Below are positions 12,117-24,200 of a stretch of 34,429 nt of DNA, piece after piece. The stretch spans positions 1 through 34,429 of the forward strand of contig JABLTG010000191.1 in NCBI GenBank assembly GCA_016618085.1, given 5' to 3'. The position numbers and the translations under genes are program-made. Position 1 is the stretch's first letter. Every line of letters starts with the position of its first letter. Source of the stretch: Neovahlkampfia damariscottae. Lineage: Eukaryota. A model generated the notes under the pieces. That model made no database searches. It saw only the letters and a program-made list of their open reading frames with translations, and was not told the DNA's origin.

Positions 12117-13258
12117 TTAATCATTATAAACAATACACACTGAACTATTTGATAAACCCATATCTTTGATTGTTTTTTCAAATGAATTTTCCAACGTTTT
12201 TGAATTAGTTCTCTCTTGGTAAACAACCGAAAAAAATTTGTTTTCGTTTTGAAGTAATTCATTAAAAATTGAATATAAAACAGCAACTGGAGCATCTAAT
12301 AAAATTGTGAATACTTGTTTTTTTCCATTTGGCAACCGAAACTGAATTCTTGTTGAATTTTCAGACAAAGTCGTCAAGTACTTTTTATAGTTCTCTAAAA
12401 ATATTGTTTTTTCTAATTTCGAGTTCATTTGCAATGAAAGTTCAATAGCTTTTTTCATTTCTTCATCTTCATCTTCCTCTTCTAAATTAATAATATTATT
12501 TTGTTGAGATTCTTGAAGTGAAAGTTGAATAGCCTTTTGAATTTCATCTTCTTCTTGATTTGAAACAGATATTCCTAATCAAAAATAAATTGAATTTAAA
12601 AAGTAACCTTGTTGTTGTTGTGAATTTGATTTGGGATCATAATGAAGATAATCAGCTTGACAAGGTGGTAATTTACCTTCAACTGAAAAAACTGAATAAC
12701 CTTCGTATTTCAACTGATTCAAATACATACTTTTTTAAAACATTAATTTATTTAAATTTCAAACCTCAAATATGTTGGTGAAACGTATTCTGGATTTTTT
12801 TGAGTTGAATCCAATTTAAACCAAGTTGAATTAAATTCTCGAAGACATAACCAATGTGAATTTAAATTACAAATATATCCTTTTTTTAAACTTTTTTAAA
12901 TTTAATTTTCAAAATACAATTACGTTGGTTTTTCAAAAACATTTTTTGATTCTGGATTTCCATCGTGTAACCAAGTTAATTCAATTCCATAAATTTTTAA
13001 ATATTCAGTTACTACTTGAATGGAGAAGTCACCAGATTCACTAACATTTGTTTTTCCTCTTTTTAAATAATTTTTATAATCTGATGAATTTTTACCATGT
13101 TCTGAAAACATGGCTTCTTCTGCATCATCTAATTGTTGTGCGATTTGTGCTAAATCACCAGCATTTGAGAAATCTCCTTGTAACAAATTATTTATACAAT
13201 GAACAGCACATAAAGCCTCTTGTTGTCTTTCATGGTAAATTGATGAAAGTGAAGACAT
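12117..13258 (-). CDS. ATXN3: Ataxin-3-like Josephin deubiquitinase with two UIMs and a C-terminal UBX-like domain, 3 introns
   Basis: IYHERQQEALCAVHCINNLLQG, SGDFSIQV, NSHW, WFKLDS; UIMs EIQKAIQLSLQE and EMKKAIELSLQ; TRIQFRLPNG...TIKDMGL. Introns 12891-12923, 12730-12764 and 12575-12607. Confidence 0.88.
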
Positions 13259-13578
13259 GTTCAACTTCTTCAATTAAGTTTAACTTTTCTGATTGGAAAA
13301 AATTTTGATTGGCAAAACAAAAAACTGAAATTGTTCCGGAGTTTTCACTAATCTTAATTACCATTTTGGTCTTGTCCATCATTTGTCGTTGTTTCTTAAA
13401 CCAATCATTTTTATAGTTCGAAAAAAATCTGAAAGGGAATGATTCTGATTGTCGGAAATTTAATAAACCAACAGATTCATCGAGTGATTCTGGGATCTGA
13501 TTGGTTGAGGAAATAATAAAAGGGATTGACCAATTAGAAAAAATCACTAGTGCTCATCACCCAAACACAACAAAAAGA

Positions 13579-15162
13579 ATGAAAGCAATCATTTTTGTAT
13601 TACTTGCGTTTATCGCTTATGCATCTGCTCACATTTGTAGAGCTGAAGGAGATCCTCATTACAGAACATTCGGAGGAAAACCATTCAACTTCTACTCATC
13701 AGGAGAATACGTTCTTTTCAAAAGAAAAGGATTTACTTGTCAAACAAGATTAAGACAATCAAACAAACATTGGAGAGGAAAATCATTAAACTCAGGTGTT
13801 GCTTGTAAATACCGTGGAGTTCATTTCGAAATCAATGTTGACACATCTGTCAAAGCTTACCTCAACTATAAAAAATTCTCTGGAGCTAAAACTATCAGAG
13901 GAGTTCGTGCTTTATTCAAAGGAAGAAACTTTTCATTCAAAGCTAACCAAATGGAATTAAGAGGTAATTACAACAGAATTGGTTCAGGAAACCTCAAAAA
14001 CTACTTGAACCTCTATGTATACTCACACAAATCAGGAGCATCAGGACTTTGCGCTGGACAAAAAACTAAAGCTAGAAGATCATTATTCCATCACGGAAAA
14101 GCTCCAAGATACCACAAAGGAAAAAGAAGACACCTCAACAAAAACTGGCTCAAAATTGCTGCTGGAATTTGTAGACGTCACTTCAGAGTTGGTTCATTCT
14201 CATACAGATCATGTGTTTATGATATCGCTTCAGAAAAAAGAAAAAGAATTGGAAGACAATACGCTAGATTCTCACGTGTTGTTAAAGGTAAATTCAAAAA
14301 AGTATGTAACGCTCATCACTGCCATTACTACAAAAGAGTTACTCATGTAAGACACATTCATTACACAAGACACCACTGGACAAAACATAGAATTGTTGAC
14401 CACCGTAGAAGATCAGTAGCTAGAAGAAGAGCTTCATACCACAGAAGTTCAATGTCAAAAATTAGCAGAAAAAGAAATGCTCACATTAACAAAGTTCACT
14501 CAACTGCTAACAAACACATCTCAGGAATCAGAAGATCAATCTACCTTATCAACAGACAATATAACAAAAAAGTTAGAAGCTCAAGCATTAAAAAACAAAG
14601 ACAAATCAACAAAGCTTTAAGATCATACCAAACAACAATCAAAAAAATGAATGTTTGGAGACAAAAAGTTAGAGTTCATGCTAACAAAAAAAGATCCCAA
14701 GTTATCCGTAAATGGAACGTTTGGAGACAAAAAACAGTTCAAAAAGCTAACAAAAAAGTTTCAAAAAGAATCAGTGCTATCAACAGATGGAGAAGTTCAA
14801 GATACATATATGCTAACAAACATCATTCACGTGTTGTTTCAAGCAAAAGAAAATGGTATCAAGCTAAAGTAGCTTTTGCAAACAGACTTCACAGATCAAC
14901 TCTCAGAAGATTAAGATCAATCAGAAAATACAAACTCAAACAACTCAACTGTAGATTAAGTGCTATCCACATGAGAAGAAAAGAAGAAGTTTCACAATTA
15001 AGAGATGACTACAACCATCAAATCAAACAACACGCTGCTGCTTATAGACGTCATTTACGTACATCAAGAACAGCAACAAGAATTGTTAGAAGAAAACACA
15101 CAACTCATCACAGAAGAAGAGTTGTTACACACAAATGGAAACTTTTCCATAAACACAAATAA
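13579..15162 (+). CDS. Secreted VWD-domain protein with an extremely basic Arg/Lys/His-rich repeat tail (527 aa)
   Basis: Signal peptide MKAIIFVLLAFIAYASA; CRAEGDPHYRTFGG VWD start motif; intronless; strong preference for C-ending codons. Confidence 0.85.
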   Translation: MKAIIFVLLAFIAYASAHICRAEGDPHYRTFGGKPFNFYSSGEYVLFKRKGFTCQTRLRQSNKHWRGKSLNSGVACKYRGVHFEINVDTSVKAYLNYKKFSGAKTIRGVRALFKGRNFSFKANQMELRGNYNRIGSGNLKNYLNLYVYSHKSGASGLCAGQKTKARRSLFHHGKAPRYHKGKRRHLNKNWLKIAAGICRRHFRVGSFSYRSCVYDIASEKRKRIGRQYARFSRVVKGKFKKVCNAHHCHYYKRVTHVRHIHYTRHHWTKHRIVDHRRRSVARRRASYHRSSMSKISRKRNAHINKVHSTANKHISGIRRSIYLINRQYNKKVRSSSIKKQRQINKALRSYQTTIKKMNVWRQKVRVHANKKRSQVIRKWNVWRQKTVQKANKKVSKRISAINRWRSSRYIYANKHHSRVVSSKRKWYQAKVAFANRLHRSTLRRLRSIRKYKLKQLNCRLSAIHMRRKEEVSQLRDDYNHQIKQHAAAYRRHLRTSRTATRIVRRKHTTHHRRRVVTHKWKLFHKHK

Positions 15163-15347
15163 ATTTAATCCTTATTTGTTAAATCATGTTTTTTTTTTAT
15201 TCCTGTTTTCTTTTTGAATCGGAACTTTCTTTCAGTCACTTGATTTTCATTTTATTCAACTTTGATAAATTTGAGTTTGATTGGTTGATTTTTCCTTGCT
15301 TTTGCATTATTTTTTTGAACCAAAACACAAACTTGATAAAAAAAAAG

Positions 15348-17433
15348 ATGGGCAAGTTGAAACAATTAAAGAATTCAAAGAATCCACCAAAAAAATATTA
15401 TGAAACTAATGCTGACGCTTGTAAGAAAAAAAAAACAAAAATTTAATTTTTTAAAAGACCAAGAGGAAAGAGAAAAAATTTTACTTGAAAAATCAAAAGA
15501 TAAAGATATTAAATCATCATTTAAACCAGAATTAATTGGTTCCGATGAATCTGATGAATACCTTTCTGATGCTTCAGAAGATAAAAATGAACAAATTGAA
15601 ATCTCACAAGAAAAAGATATTTCAAAAAGAGATGAATCTGATGATGAATCAAATGATGAAATTACATATAAAGGTGCTTGGAGTGAAGATGAAGATTCTT
15701 CTTCTGAAGAAGATGAACAAGAACAAATTCAAAAAGAAAAATGGAAAGGAAATGATTTCCATTATTCAAAACAACAAAAAACAAAAAATGATATGTTTAA
15801 TGAATCAAAATCAGAAGAAAATGAAGCTTTACAATTACAAAAAAAAAGAAACTTAAGAATTTCAAAAAGTGATGTTTTTGATGATACATTACAAGAAGCT
15901 TTGGAAAATCAAAATTCAGAATCTGAAGAAGATGTTATGTCTTCTGAAGAAGAAGAAGAAGAAATAGATCAAAAAAATGAAAAAAAATTAACAAAAGAAG
16001 AAAAACTTGAAAAAATAATGAAAGAATCACCTGAAATGATTGAATTAGTTTCTGATTTAAAAGATAAATTAAAAACAATCAAAGAGCATTTACTTCCATT
16101 AATAAAACAGTAAAACAATGAAAAACAAAATTTAACACAAAAAAGAGTAAAAGATGGAGAATTAGTCACCAAAGAAGGATTAAGTTATTTAGAAGAAAAA
16201 TACCGTTTGAAAAAAAAAAAAAAACTTATTTTGATAGATTTATTGTTAAATTATTGCATTGATATCGTTTTTTATTTGTTGTTAAAATCATCTGGAAAAT
16301 CAGTGAAAGATCATCCTGTCATTTCACAATTAGTTGAACTTCGAGTTGTCATGGAAAAAATCAGACCTATTGATGAACGATTGAAATATCAAATCAACAA
16401 ATTAGTTTCAATGGCAACTTCAACAGAAACATCAAGTAGGAGTTTTTTTTTAAATTTACAATTTTTTCAAGATGTTGAATTAGATCATCGTCCAAATTTA
16501 GAACATTTAGTTGAAGATGAAGAAGTAGAAGAAGGTGATTCACAAGAAGAACAAGATTCTGATGACTCTGATATCTATGTTGCTCCAAAATTGATGGCTG
16601 TTTCTTATGAAGAAGGTGATAAAAAAAAAGTCACAAAGAAAAGAGAAAAATTAGAAAAGAAGTTTAAACATGGAAATATTGTTCAAACATTAAAAGATAC
16701 CATTGGAGAAGAACCTGATTTTGATTATTCTGTCGGTGCAGAATTTACAAAAAAAAAAACTAAAGAAGATGAAATGTTAAGAGACATTGAAGAATATGAA
16801 AATGAAAACTTTTCACGTGTAAGTTTAAACAAGAGACAAAAAAATATGTTGAAAAAAAAACAAAAAAATTTAATCACTGATGAATTATCAGAGATTCATT
16901 CAATGAATGAATTAAATGATTTAGACAAATTCTTAAGACAAAAAGATGAATCAAAACAAGATAAAGTTACATTACTTCAATATAATGGAAATGAAAAAGC
17001 AGCTAAAAAAGCTTTAAAAATTGATGATGATGAACCAATAGAAAAAGATGAAGAACATGTTTCAAAAAGAGAAAAAAAAAGAAAACTTAAAGAATTGAAA
17101 CAAAAAGAAATTGAAGAAGCTGAAGAATCAAATGATGATGATTATCAAACTTTTGAACCAGTTGCAAAAAAAAAAATGAAAAGAGATGAAGAGAATAGAA
17201 TTTTGGAAGAAGAAATTGAAGATGGTAAAAGAACAGCTTCAAATGAAATCGTTAAAAACAGAGGATTAGTTGTTAAAAGAAAAAAAGAAGATAAAAATCC
17301 ACGTTTGAAATTAAAACATAAATATGAAAAGAAATCATCAAAATTAGGTAAAATGCGTAAAAATCCAGGTGCTTATTCAGGTGAAAAAACAATTGAAAAG
17401 AATGTTGTCAAGAGTAAAAAAATAAAAGCCTAA
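15348..17433 (+). CDS. UTP3: Sas10/Utp3 SSU processome subunit, 4 introns
   Basis: Acidic N-terminus; GLSYLEEKY...LLLNYC...KDHPVI..LVELRVVMEKI; C-terminal KNRGL...KNPRLKLKHKYEK...YSGE. Introns 15421-15457, 16110-16145, 16205-16237 and probably 16436-16471. Confidence 0.9.
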
Positions 17434-17438
17434 AAAAT

Positions 17439-18026
17439 TTACAAAATTAAACATTTATTTTCCGAATTTTTTTTTGTTTTTTTTGATAGAACAGCTCTAA
17501 TACCTTCATCAAATACATTTTTAACACCTTCTTGTTTCAAAGCTGAACATTCAACAAATTTAAAAGCTTTGATTTTTTTAACAGCATCATTGATTTGTTC
17601 TTTATTTACAACATCTAAACCTGAATTCTTTAATTTTTCAATTGTTTTTGTATCTGTCTTTAGATCACTTTTTGTTCCACATAAAATTATAGGAGTCATT
17701 GGACAGTGGTGAGAAATTTCTGGTAACCATTTTTCCAAAACATTTTCGAGTGAAATTGGATTTACCATTGAAAAACAGATAATAATAACATTTGAACCTG
17801 GATATGAAAGTGGACGAAGTCTATCAAATTCTTCTTGACCAGCTGTATCCCACAAACCTAAATTAATGACATTTCCATCAACTGTGACATTTGTTGAGTA
17901 ATTATCAAAAACTGTTGGAACATACTCTTCTGGAAAAGTTCCATTTGCATATGAATGCAATATACATGTCTTTCCAACTGCACCATCTCCAACAATAACA
18001 GTTTTTATATGTAAACTTGAAGTCAT
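17439..18026 (-). CDS. Rac/Rho-family small GTPase
   Basis: [42 protein letters not shown]-terminal CLIL. Confidence 0.95.
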   Translation of the reverse strand: MTSSLHIKTVIVGDGAVGKTCILHSYANGTFPEEYVPTVFDNYSTNVTVDGNVINLGLWDTAGQEEFDRLRPLSYPGSNVIIICFSMVNPISLENVLEKWLPEISHHCPMTPIILCGTKSDLKTDTKTIEKLKNSGLDVVNKEQINDAVKKIKAFKFVECSALKQEGVKNVFDEGIRAVLSKKTKKNSENKCLIL

Positions 18027-18174
18027 TTTTCTTTTTTTTTCGTTGAACAATTTCAGAACTATTTCATATTTATAATTCGTTGGAACATCGACGCAGTGTT
18101 CATCTTCTTTGTACTTGTTGTTAAGTTAAAAATAAAAAAAGTTCTGATTGGTTGTTTGAAGTAATAAGCCAATC

Positions 18175-18963
18175 ATGAAGCATAACGTTTTTGCTGTTGT
18201 TTTCTGTTTGTTTTTTTTTGTCTTTGCTTTGGAAGCCAAGAAGAATGATGTGATTATTATTAACGACTATACTATGGGTGTAAGATCATTCAACGCTTAT
18301 TTGTACCCAATACCAAACTCAAACAAATATGTTCTTATTGACACACTCAATGAAGGAAGACATGAAATCATTCAAAATGAAATGAAAAAAAGAGGTATAA
18401 AAACAGATGATATAGCAATGGTTTTCATTACTCATTATCATAATGACCATGCTGGAAATGCTCAAGTTCTTCAAAAAGAGATCAAAGCACCTTTTTCTTG
18501 CCCATTAATGGAATGTAAATACCTTACAACAGGAAAACCTACGCCTATTTACTCACTTTATAGTCTTGTTACGTTATTGGCTAAATTACAAGAATACAAA
18601 TCACCTGCTTATGAAGCGAAACTACAACTTAGAGGAGGTGAAGTATTACCAGAATTTGGAAATGTTAAAATCATTCATACACCAGGACATACGAATGGAA
18701 GTTTATCACTCATAGGTCATGATGGAAATTGCTTTATTGGTGATATTGTCTGGGGTAATCTTTGGAAAGTTAATGATCCAAAACTTCATTTATTATTAGT
18801 TTATGAAAGTTATTCAAAAGTAGTTTCCAGTCTTAAATTATTGTTAAATGAAAAATGTACAACTTTTCATTCTGGACATGGTTATCAATTTGACAGAAAC
18901 TCACTCATTAAATTTATTGAACAACATGAAAAGGAATTGAATAAAAAAAGCAATATTGATTAG
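18175..18963 (+). CDS. Secreted metallo-beta-lactamase-fold hydrolase
   Basis: Signal peptide; THYHNDHAG (HxHxDH), HTPGHT, FIGD and SGHG motifs. Confidence 0.88.
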   Translation: MKHNVFAVVFCLFFFVFALEAKKNDVIIINDYTMGVRSFNAYLYPIPNSNKYVLIDTLNEGRHEIIQNEMKKRGIKTDDIAMVFITHYHNDHAGNAQVLQKEIKAPFSCPLMECKYLTTGKPTPIYSLYSLVTLLAKLQEYKSPAYEAKLQLRGGEVLPEFGNVKIIHTPGHTNGSLSLIGHDGNCFIGDIVWGNLWKVNDPKLHLLLVYESYSKVVSSLKLLLNEKCTTFHSGHGYQFDRNSLIKFIEQHEKELNKKSNID

Positions 18964-19088
18964 AATATTGATAATTCTTTATTCGATTTTTTGATTTTTA
19001 ATATTCTTTGGTTTTTCAAAATGAGTTGATTGGTCAAAGAAAATGATAAAAAGCGAAGTGATTTGGTGTTTTGTTCACATAAAATAAA

Positions 19089-19700
19089 ATGGGAAACACA
19101 ATTATACATAATCATCACGTTGCAGAAACTCCAAAAATATTCAACTGGAAAAACTTTACAATTGGAGCTGTGGTAGTTGCATATTTCAAATACAAAGAAC
19201 ACACAAATAAATTATTGAAAACAACATACACAAGTAAAAAAATGATTCTTTTGGCACTTGAAGAAACACCACTTTCCTTTAAAGATATCCCTTTAAACTT
19301 CAGTGAAGATATTGAAGTAGCTTCAAAAATTGTAAGTAGAAATGGAATGGAGCTCAAAAACGCCAGTTATTTTCTAAAAGATAACAAAAATGTTTGTTTA
19401 TGTGCTGTTGGAAATGATGGAAATTCTTTAAAATTTGTTTCAAAAAGGTTGAAAGAAGATTTTGATGTTTGTTTTGTGGCTGTTTCAAACAACGGCTTAG
19501 CTTTGAAACAAGCAGGTACCAATGCAAAAAAGAATCCTGAAATTGTGATGGCTGCTGTAAAGGAGAATCTGAACTCGGCTCAGTATGCAGAAAAAAGTGT
19601 ATTTTTGGATAAGTCATTGATGAGTGAAATTGAAAGACTTTGCAAAGAATTTAAAAATTTCCAACAATTTAAGGAGATGGTAAATCATTCAATTAACTGA
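19089..19700 (+). CDS. DUF4116-type repeat protein
   Basis: Repeats such as AVGNDGNSLKFVSKRLKEDFDVCFVAVSNNGLALKQA. Confidence 0.75.
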   Translation: MGNTIIHNHHVAETPKIFNWKNFTIGAVVVAYFKYKEHTNKLLKTTYTSKKMILLALEETPLSFKDIPLNFSEDIEVASKIVSRNGMELKNASYFLKDNKNVCLCAVGNDGNSLKFVSKRLKEDFDVCFVAVSNNGLALKQAGTNAKKNPEIVMAAVKENLNSAQYAEKSVFLDKSLMSEIERLCKEFKNFQQFKEMVNHSIN

Positions 19701-19871
19701 AATATATTGATTACAAACCAATGTGTGAAGTTGAAATACCATCTTCTTACTGGTTGAATTTTTTTTTATAAAAATAAGATTATCTTTATTATTCGAGTGT
19801 TGTTTGTTCAATTCAGTTTTGATTTAGCCGAATTATGGTTTCTAAATTAGACCAATCAAATAATTCCTCCG

Positions 19872-21043
19872 ATGCGTCACTCACTTGTCGTGTTTATTTT
19901 ACTCTGCTCTGTTCTTGTGATCACAGCTGTACCATCTATTCGTTGTAGAGAAAATATTCTTGAACTTGTTGATGATGTTGAATCAGGCACAGTTGAAATT
20001 CTAGAAGACGAAATTCTTGATAATTCAGTGGATTGTCACGACAAACACGTTTGTGAAGTACAATGTGAACAATTTAACAGCTGTCAAAGAAAAGGAGCGA
20101 GATTAGAAACTTCTACTTTTTTGGATTTAGATGGTTACACTTCTAACCCAAGTTTTCTCAAAATTTACAATGATGTTTGCACAAGTTCAGTTTATAAAGT
20201 AGGTTCTTATGAAAGACTTAATGTAATCTCTTCTGTCTTTCGTTTTCAAATAATTAAACAAATCCAAGTTAACAGAAAACGTAAAGATGAATATGACTTT
20301 ATTGTCAGTAAACAAATCGAACATTGTAACTCTTACTGGAGAAATAAAGTCAAAGAAGCACTTGATCAAAAGAAATATAACAGAGCAAGAGATTTTGCAA
20401 ATAGAGCTGCCAGAAAAACACCAAACTATGATGAACAATTTCTTAAATGGTCTATTCATTTAGTAGCATCTAAATCAATGAAAATAGCATTTAAAAAGTT
20501 ATTCCAATTCAAAAATGTTATTAAAGCTGCTGAACTCAAATGCAAAGAAAAAAGATCTGTTTCAACTATTGAACAATTTCGTCAAACAGTTGCTGAATTA
20601 TCAAAAAAACTTGATGAAGAAGTTGTCAAAGAAATTGGTTCTGATGAAAAAGCAATGAGATTTTACAAGAATGCTGTTGATATCATTATTACAAGATTTT
20701 ATGATTCAGCTTCATCAATGAATGGCTCAAGAAACTTTTGTAGATGTTATTCATTCCAAAAAGCTCTCAACGATAACGCTATTCCAGCTCCATAGTAAGA
20801 ATCAAATACAATTCTTAATTTTTTAGTGATCAACAAATTCAGCAATTGATGAATCATATCAAATCTCAATGCATAAAACAATGCGCACCTTGGAAAGTTC
20901 AAAAAATCTATAGAGATATCCATAAACTCAATCGTGATGCAAGAAAAACTAAGAATCCTTCGACTTTGAAAGACATCAGCAAAGAAAAAAAAAGATTAAG
21001 AAAAAAAATTGAAAAATTACAATCAAATAAAGATTCATTCTAA
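19872..21043 (+). CDS. Secreted Cys-containing hypothetical protein, 1 intron (20795-20826)
   Basis: Signal peptide MRHSLVVFILLCSVLVITA. The apparent TAG is TA|GTAAGA, a donor site; removing 32 nt joins it in frame to the 20846-21043 ORF. Confidence 0.75.
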
Positions 21044-21216
21044 TCAATTGATACAAAATTCAGAAAAATGAAAACCAGATTCTTATTCATTTGACAAATC
21101 ATTTTCTCGCATTGTACTGTCAACAATTGATTGGGAAAAGAAAATGATTTCTAAAAATAAATTTCTTTTTTTATAACCATCCAATCATCTTAGTTTCTCA
21201 AAAGTCTTTGAAAAGA

Positions 21217-24200
21217 ATGGTAGACACAACAAAAATTTTTAACAAAACCAACAGACAGAATCAAGGAAAGAAATTGTATGGGAATGGCATGATGACTCAA
21301 ATTGGAATGCTTATATCCCAGAACATCAATTATTACTAGAACAAAATTACCAAAAAATATCAGATTTCACAATGAAAATTTTTGGAAATAATTACAAAAT
21401 ACACTTTTCAGAAATGAAACAAGAAAATTTATCATCACGTTTTAAAAGAAGAATTCAAAGAAGAGAGAAAATTGTCAAAGGAGTTTTTGAAGTTGAACAA
21501 AGATTTCAAACTCATTTATCAACAGACAAGCCTTTATATAAGTTAAATGATACTGTTTATGTCCGTGGTGTGCTACTTTCACCGCATAAACAACAACCAA
21601 TTTCAGATAATTTATTGAAAAATTCAGAGTTTTACCTCGGTGCTTCATTTCAAATTATTGGACCTGTAAAATAATTTTTTTTTTTTCAAATTTAAAAACA
21701 GAAAGGTGATGTGATTATTAATAACGAAATTAACTCATGGAGTCATTCTGTCCTTTCTGCTTATTGGCAAATTCCTTCAACACAAACTGGTGGTGAATAC
21801 ATTGCCAAATTCGTTTACAAAGGAAATGGTTTACCTTGTGCTGAAAGAAAGTTTGAAATTAGAGCTTTTCAAAACCCAAGATTAAATAGTCAAATTCAAT
21901 TTGTGAGAAAAGGGTTTGTCTCAAATATATTTTTTTAATATTTAACTAAAGAATGGGGGCAGGTGATAAAGCAGTGGCAACGTTAAAAGTAGATAGAGCA
22001 GAAGGTGGTCCTTGCAATGATGCTAAAGTAACTGCGAAAGCAAGAGTTGATGGAAATGAAGTTTATTCAGGAACTTTAAAACTGTATCTTTTTTTTTTCT
22101 TCTTATAGCTTCAGGGATTCCAATGGAACTTGTATTATTGGATTTGACATTCCAAAAGTGCTAACAGAAGGAGAAGGAACTTTGACATGTATTATTGAAG
22201 ATCAAGGTGTGGTAGAAACAGCTACCAAAACAATTCCAATTTTAATGAATCATGTTGATGTCAAAGTTTACCCTGAAGGAGGTGATTTAGTTGAAGATCT
22301 TGAAAGTGGTTTATATCTTGAAGCTTTTACCAAACAAGGAGATCCAGCGGATCTCATTGGTGTGATTGTAGACTTAGATGGAAAAATTATTTCAAACATC
22401 AATACTGTGGTAAGTCAAAATAAGTTGAATTTTTTGATAGCATGAAGGAAGAGGTAAAACAGTATTTACACCAACAAAAGGAAACAAATACTTCATTAAT
22501 GTAATCAAACCTTCAGGAATTAAAGAAATTCCAATTCCAATTGCAAAATCTGAAGGTTGTACATTAATGTCAACAAGTAATATCTATGAATGTGATGATG
22601 CATTATCCTTTAAGTTTGGATCAACAAAAAGTGGAAAATATTTGATGACTATTTATAAAAAAGAAATTCAATTGACAAGAGTGAATGTTAAAGTCATAGA
22701 AAACCATTCTTCAGTTCCTGTCATTTTGACTCTACCAACAGATGTAAATGCAGATGGTGTTTTAAGAGTCACAGTTACGGATTCATCTAATAATCCAGTT
22801 GCTGAAAGATTGATTTTTAGAAAACAAACCAATAAAGTCAAAGTAAATGTTGTAACAGATTACAAAAGCTTCACTCCTTGTGATAAAGTTAAGTTGAGAA
22901 TTCAAACGACTGATGATGAAGGAAAACCAAGTAAGTATATTTTCATTGTTGAATTTGTGAACTAGTTTCATCAAATGTTTGTGTATCAGTTACAGACGAA
23001 TCAGTTTTAGAATCAATTGAAAAAAGAAAACATCATCCTAGATTAGATACCATGGTTTATTTAGAAAGTGAAGTTGATCATTTAGATGATGCAACTATTT
23101 ATTTATCACAAGATCCAATTGCTGAAAAGGCTATGGATCTGTTACTTGGAACTCAAGGATGGAGAAGGTTTGCATATGTAGATATCATGAAATTCTTGAA
23201 TGATAAAAAAGAAAAAGGTGAAAAAATTGCGTGTATTCATGAAGGATTTGAAAAACCAAATGGAGCATACGAAAATGGATTTTATTCAAAATCAAATCAA
23301 AAAAATCAAAATCAATTTTCTGATGGATTGAGACGTGATTTAGGATATGATGATTTTGGATTGGATGATGTATTAGATCGTGGTGAATTGTTATCTGAAC
23401 TTTCATATCAAACTGAATCATTAGAAGAATCTGCTCAAATGTTCAAATCAAATGCAAAATCAAAAAAATCAGGGGGTTTTTTCAGTGGTATTACTGACTT
23501 CTTTGGGGGATCACAAAGTGCACCTGCACCACAATATTCAAAAAAAGTTGAAAAGAGTGAAATACCACAAATGAACAAAAAAGCTTCAACAATTTCAAGA
23601 GGAAGAAAATCAGAAAAAAAAAAGTATTCTGCACCAACACCTACAAAACCAACTGTTCAAAGTATCAAACAAAAAGTAAAAGAAACAAAAGAAAATGAAA
23701 ACCAACTCATTTCATTGGATGAATATGAAGATTCCTTTGGGTTTACGGCAGTTGCTCAAACAGATCTTAAACCACAAACAACTCAGCTTTTAATTAGAGA
23801 ATATGCTCATAAAATATCATCTGACAGAAAACAAGGTTCAAGAGTTGATTTCTCTGAAACCTTATACTGGAATGCTGTTACCCAAACAGATGAAAATGGA
23901 AGAGCTATTTTTGAATTTGATTTGTCTGATTCAATTACATCATTCCGTGCTTATGTTGATGCATTTACAAATTCTGGTGTCATTGGTTATGGAACAAAAT
24001 TGATCTCATCAAAAGAACCGTTTTATATGGAACCAATTCTTCCAATGGAAGTTTCTTCTGGAGATCTAATCAAAATGCCAGTTGCACTAGTGAACGGTTC
24101 AACAAATGATCTCGATGTCAAAGTTACTCACAAAATCATCTCTGAATTGGTCAAACCAAAATCAAATAAATCATTTGAAGGAAAAAGCATGGAATTAGAA

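Noticed and set aside
12609..12620. QQQQ as a homolog of the ataxin-3 polyQ tract
   Set aside because: Only four CAA codons, and located before the UIMs rather than after UIM2.
22084..22114. GTATCTTT donor as a U12-type intron
   Set aside because: Not the full GTATCCTT consensus, no clear branch site, and easily produced by the T-run.
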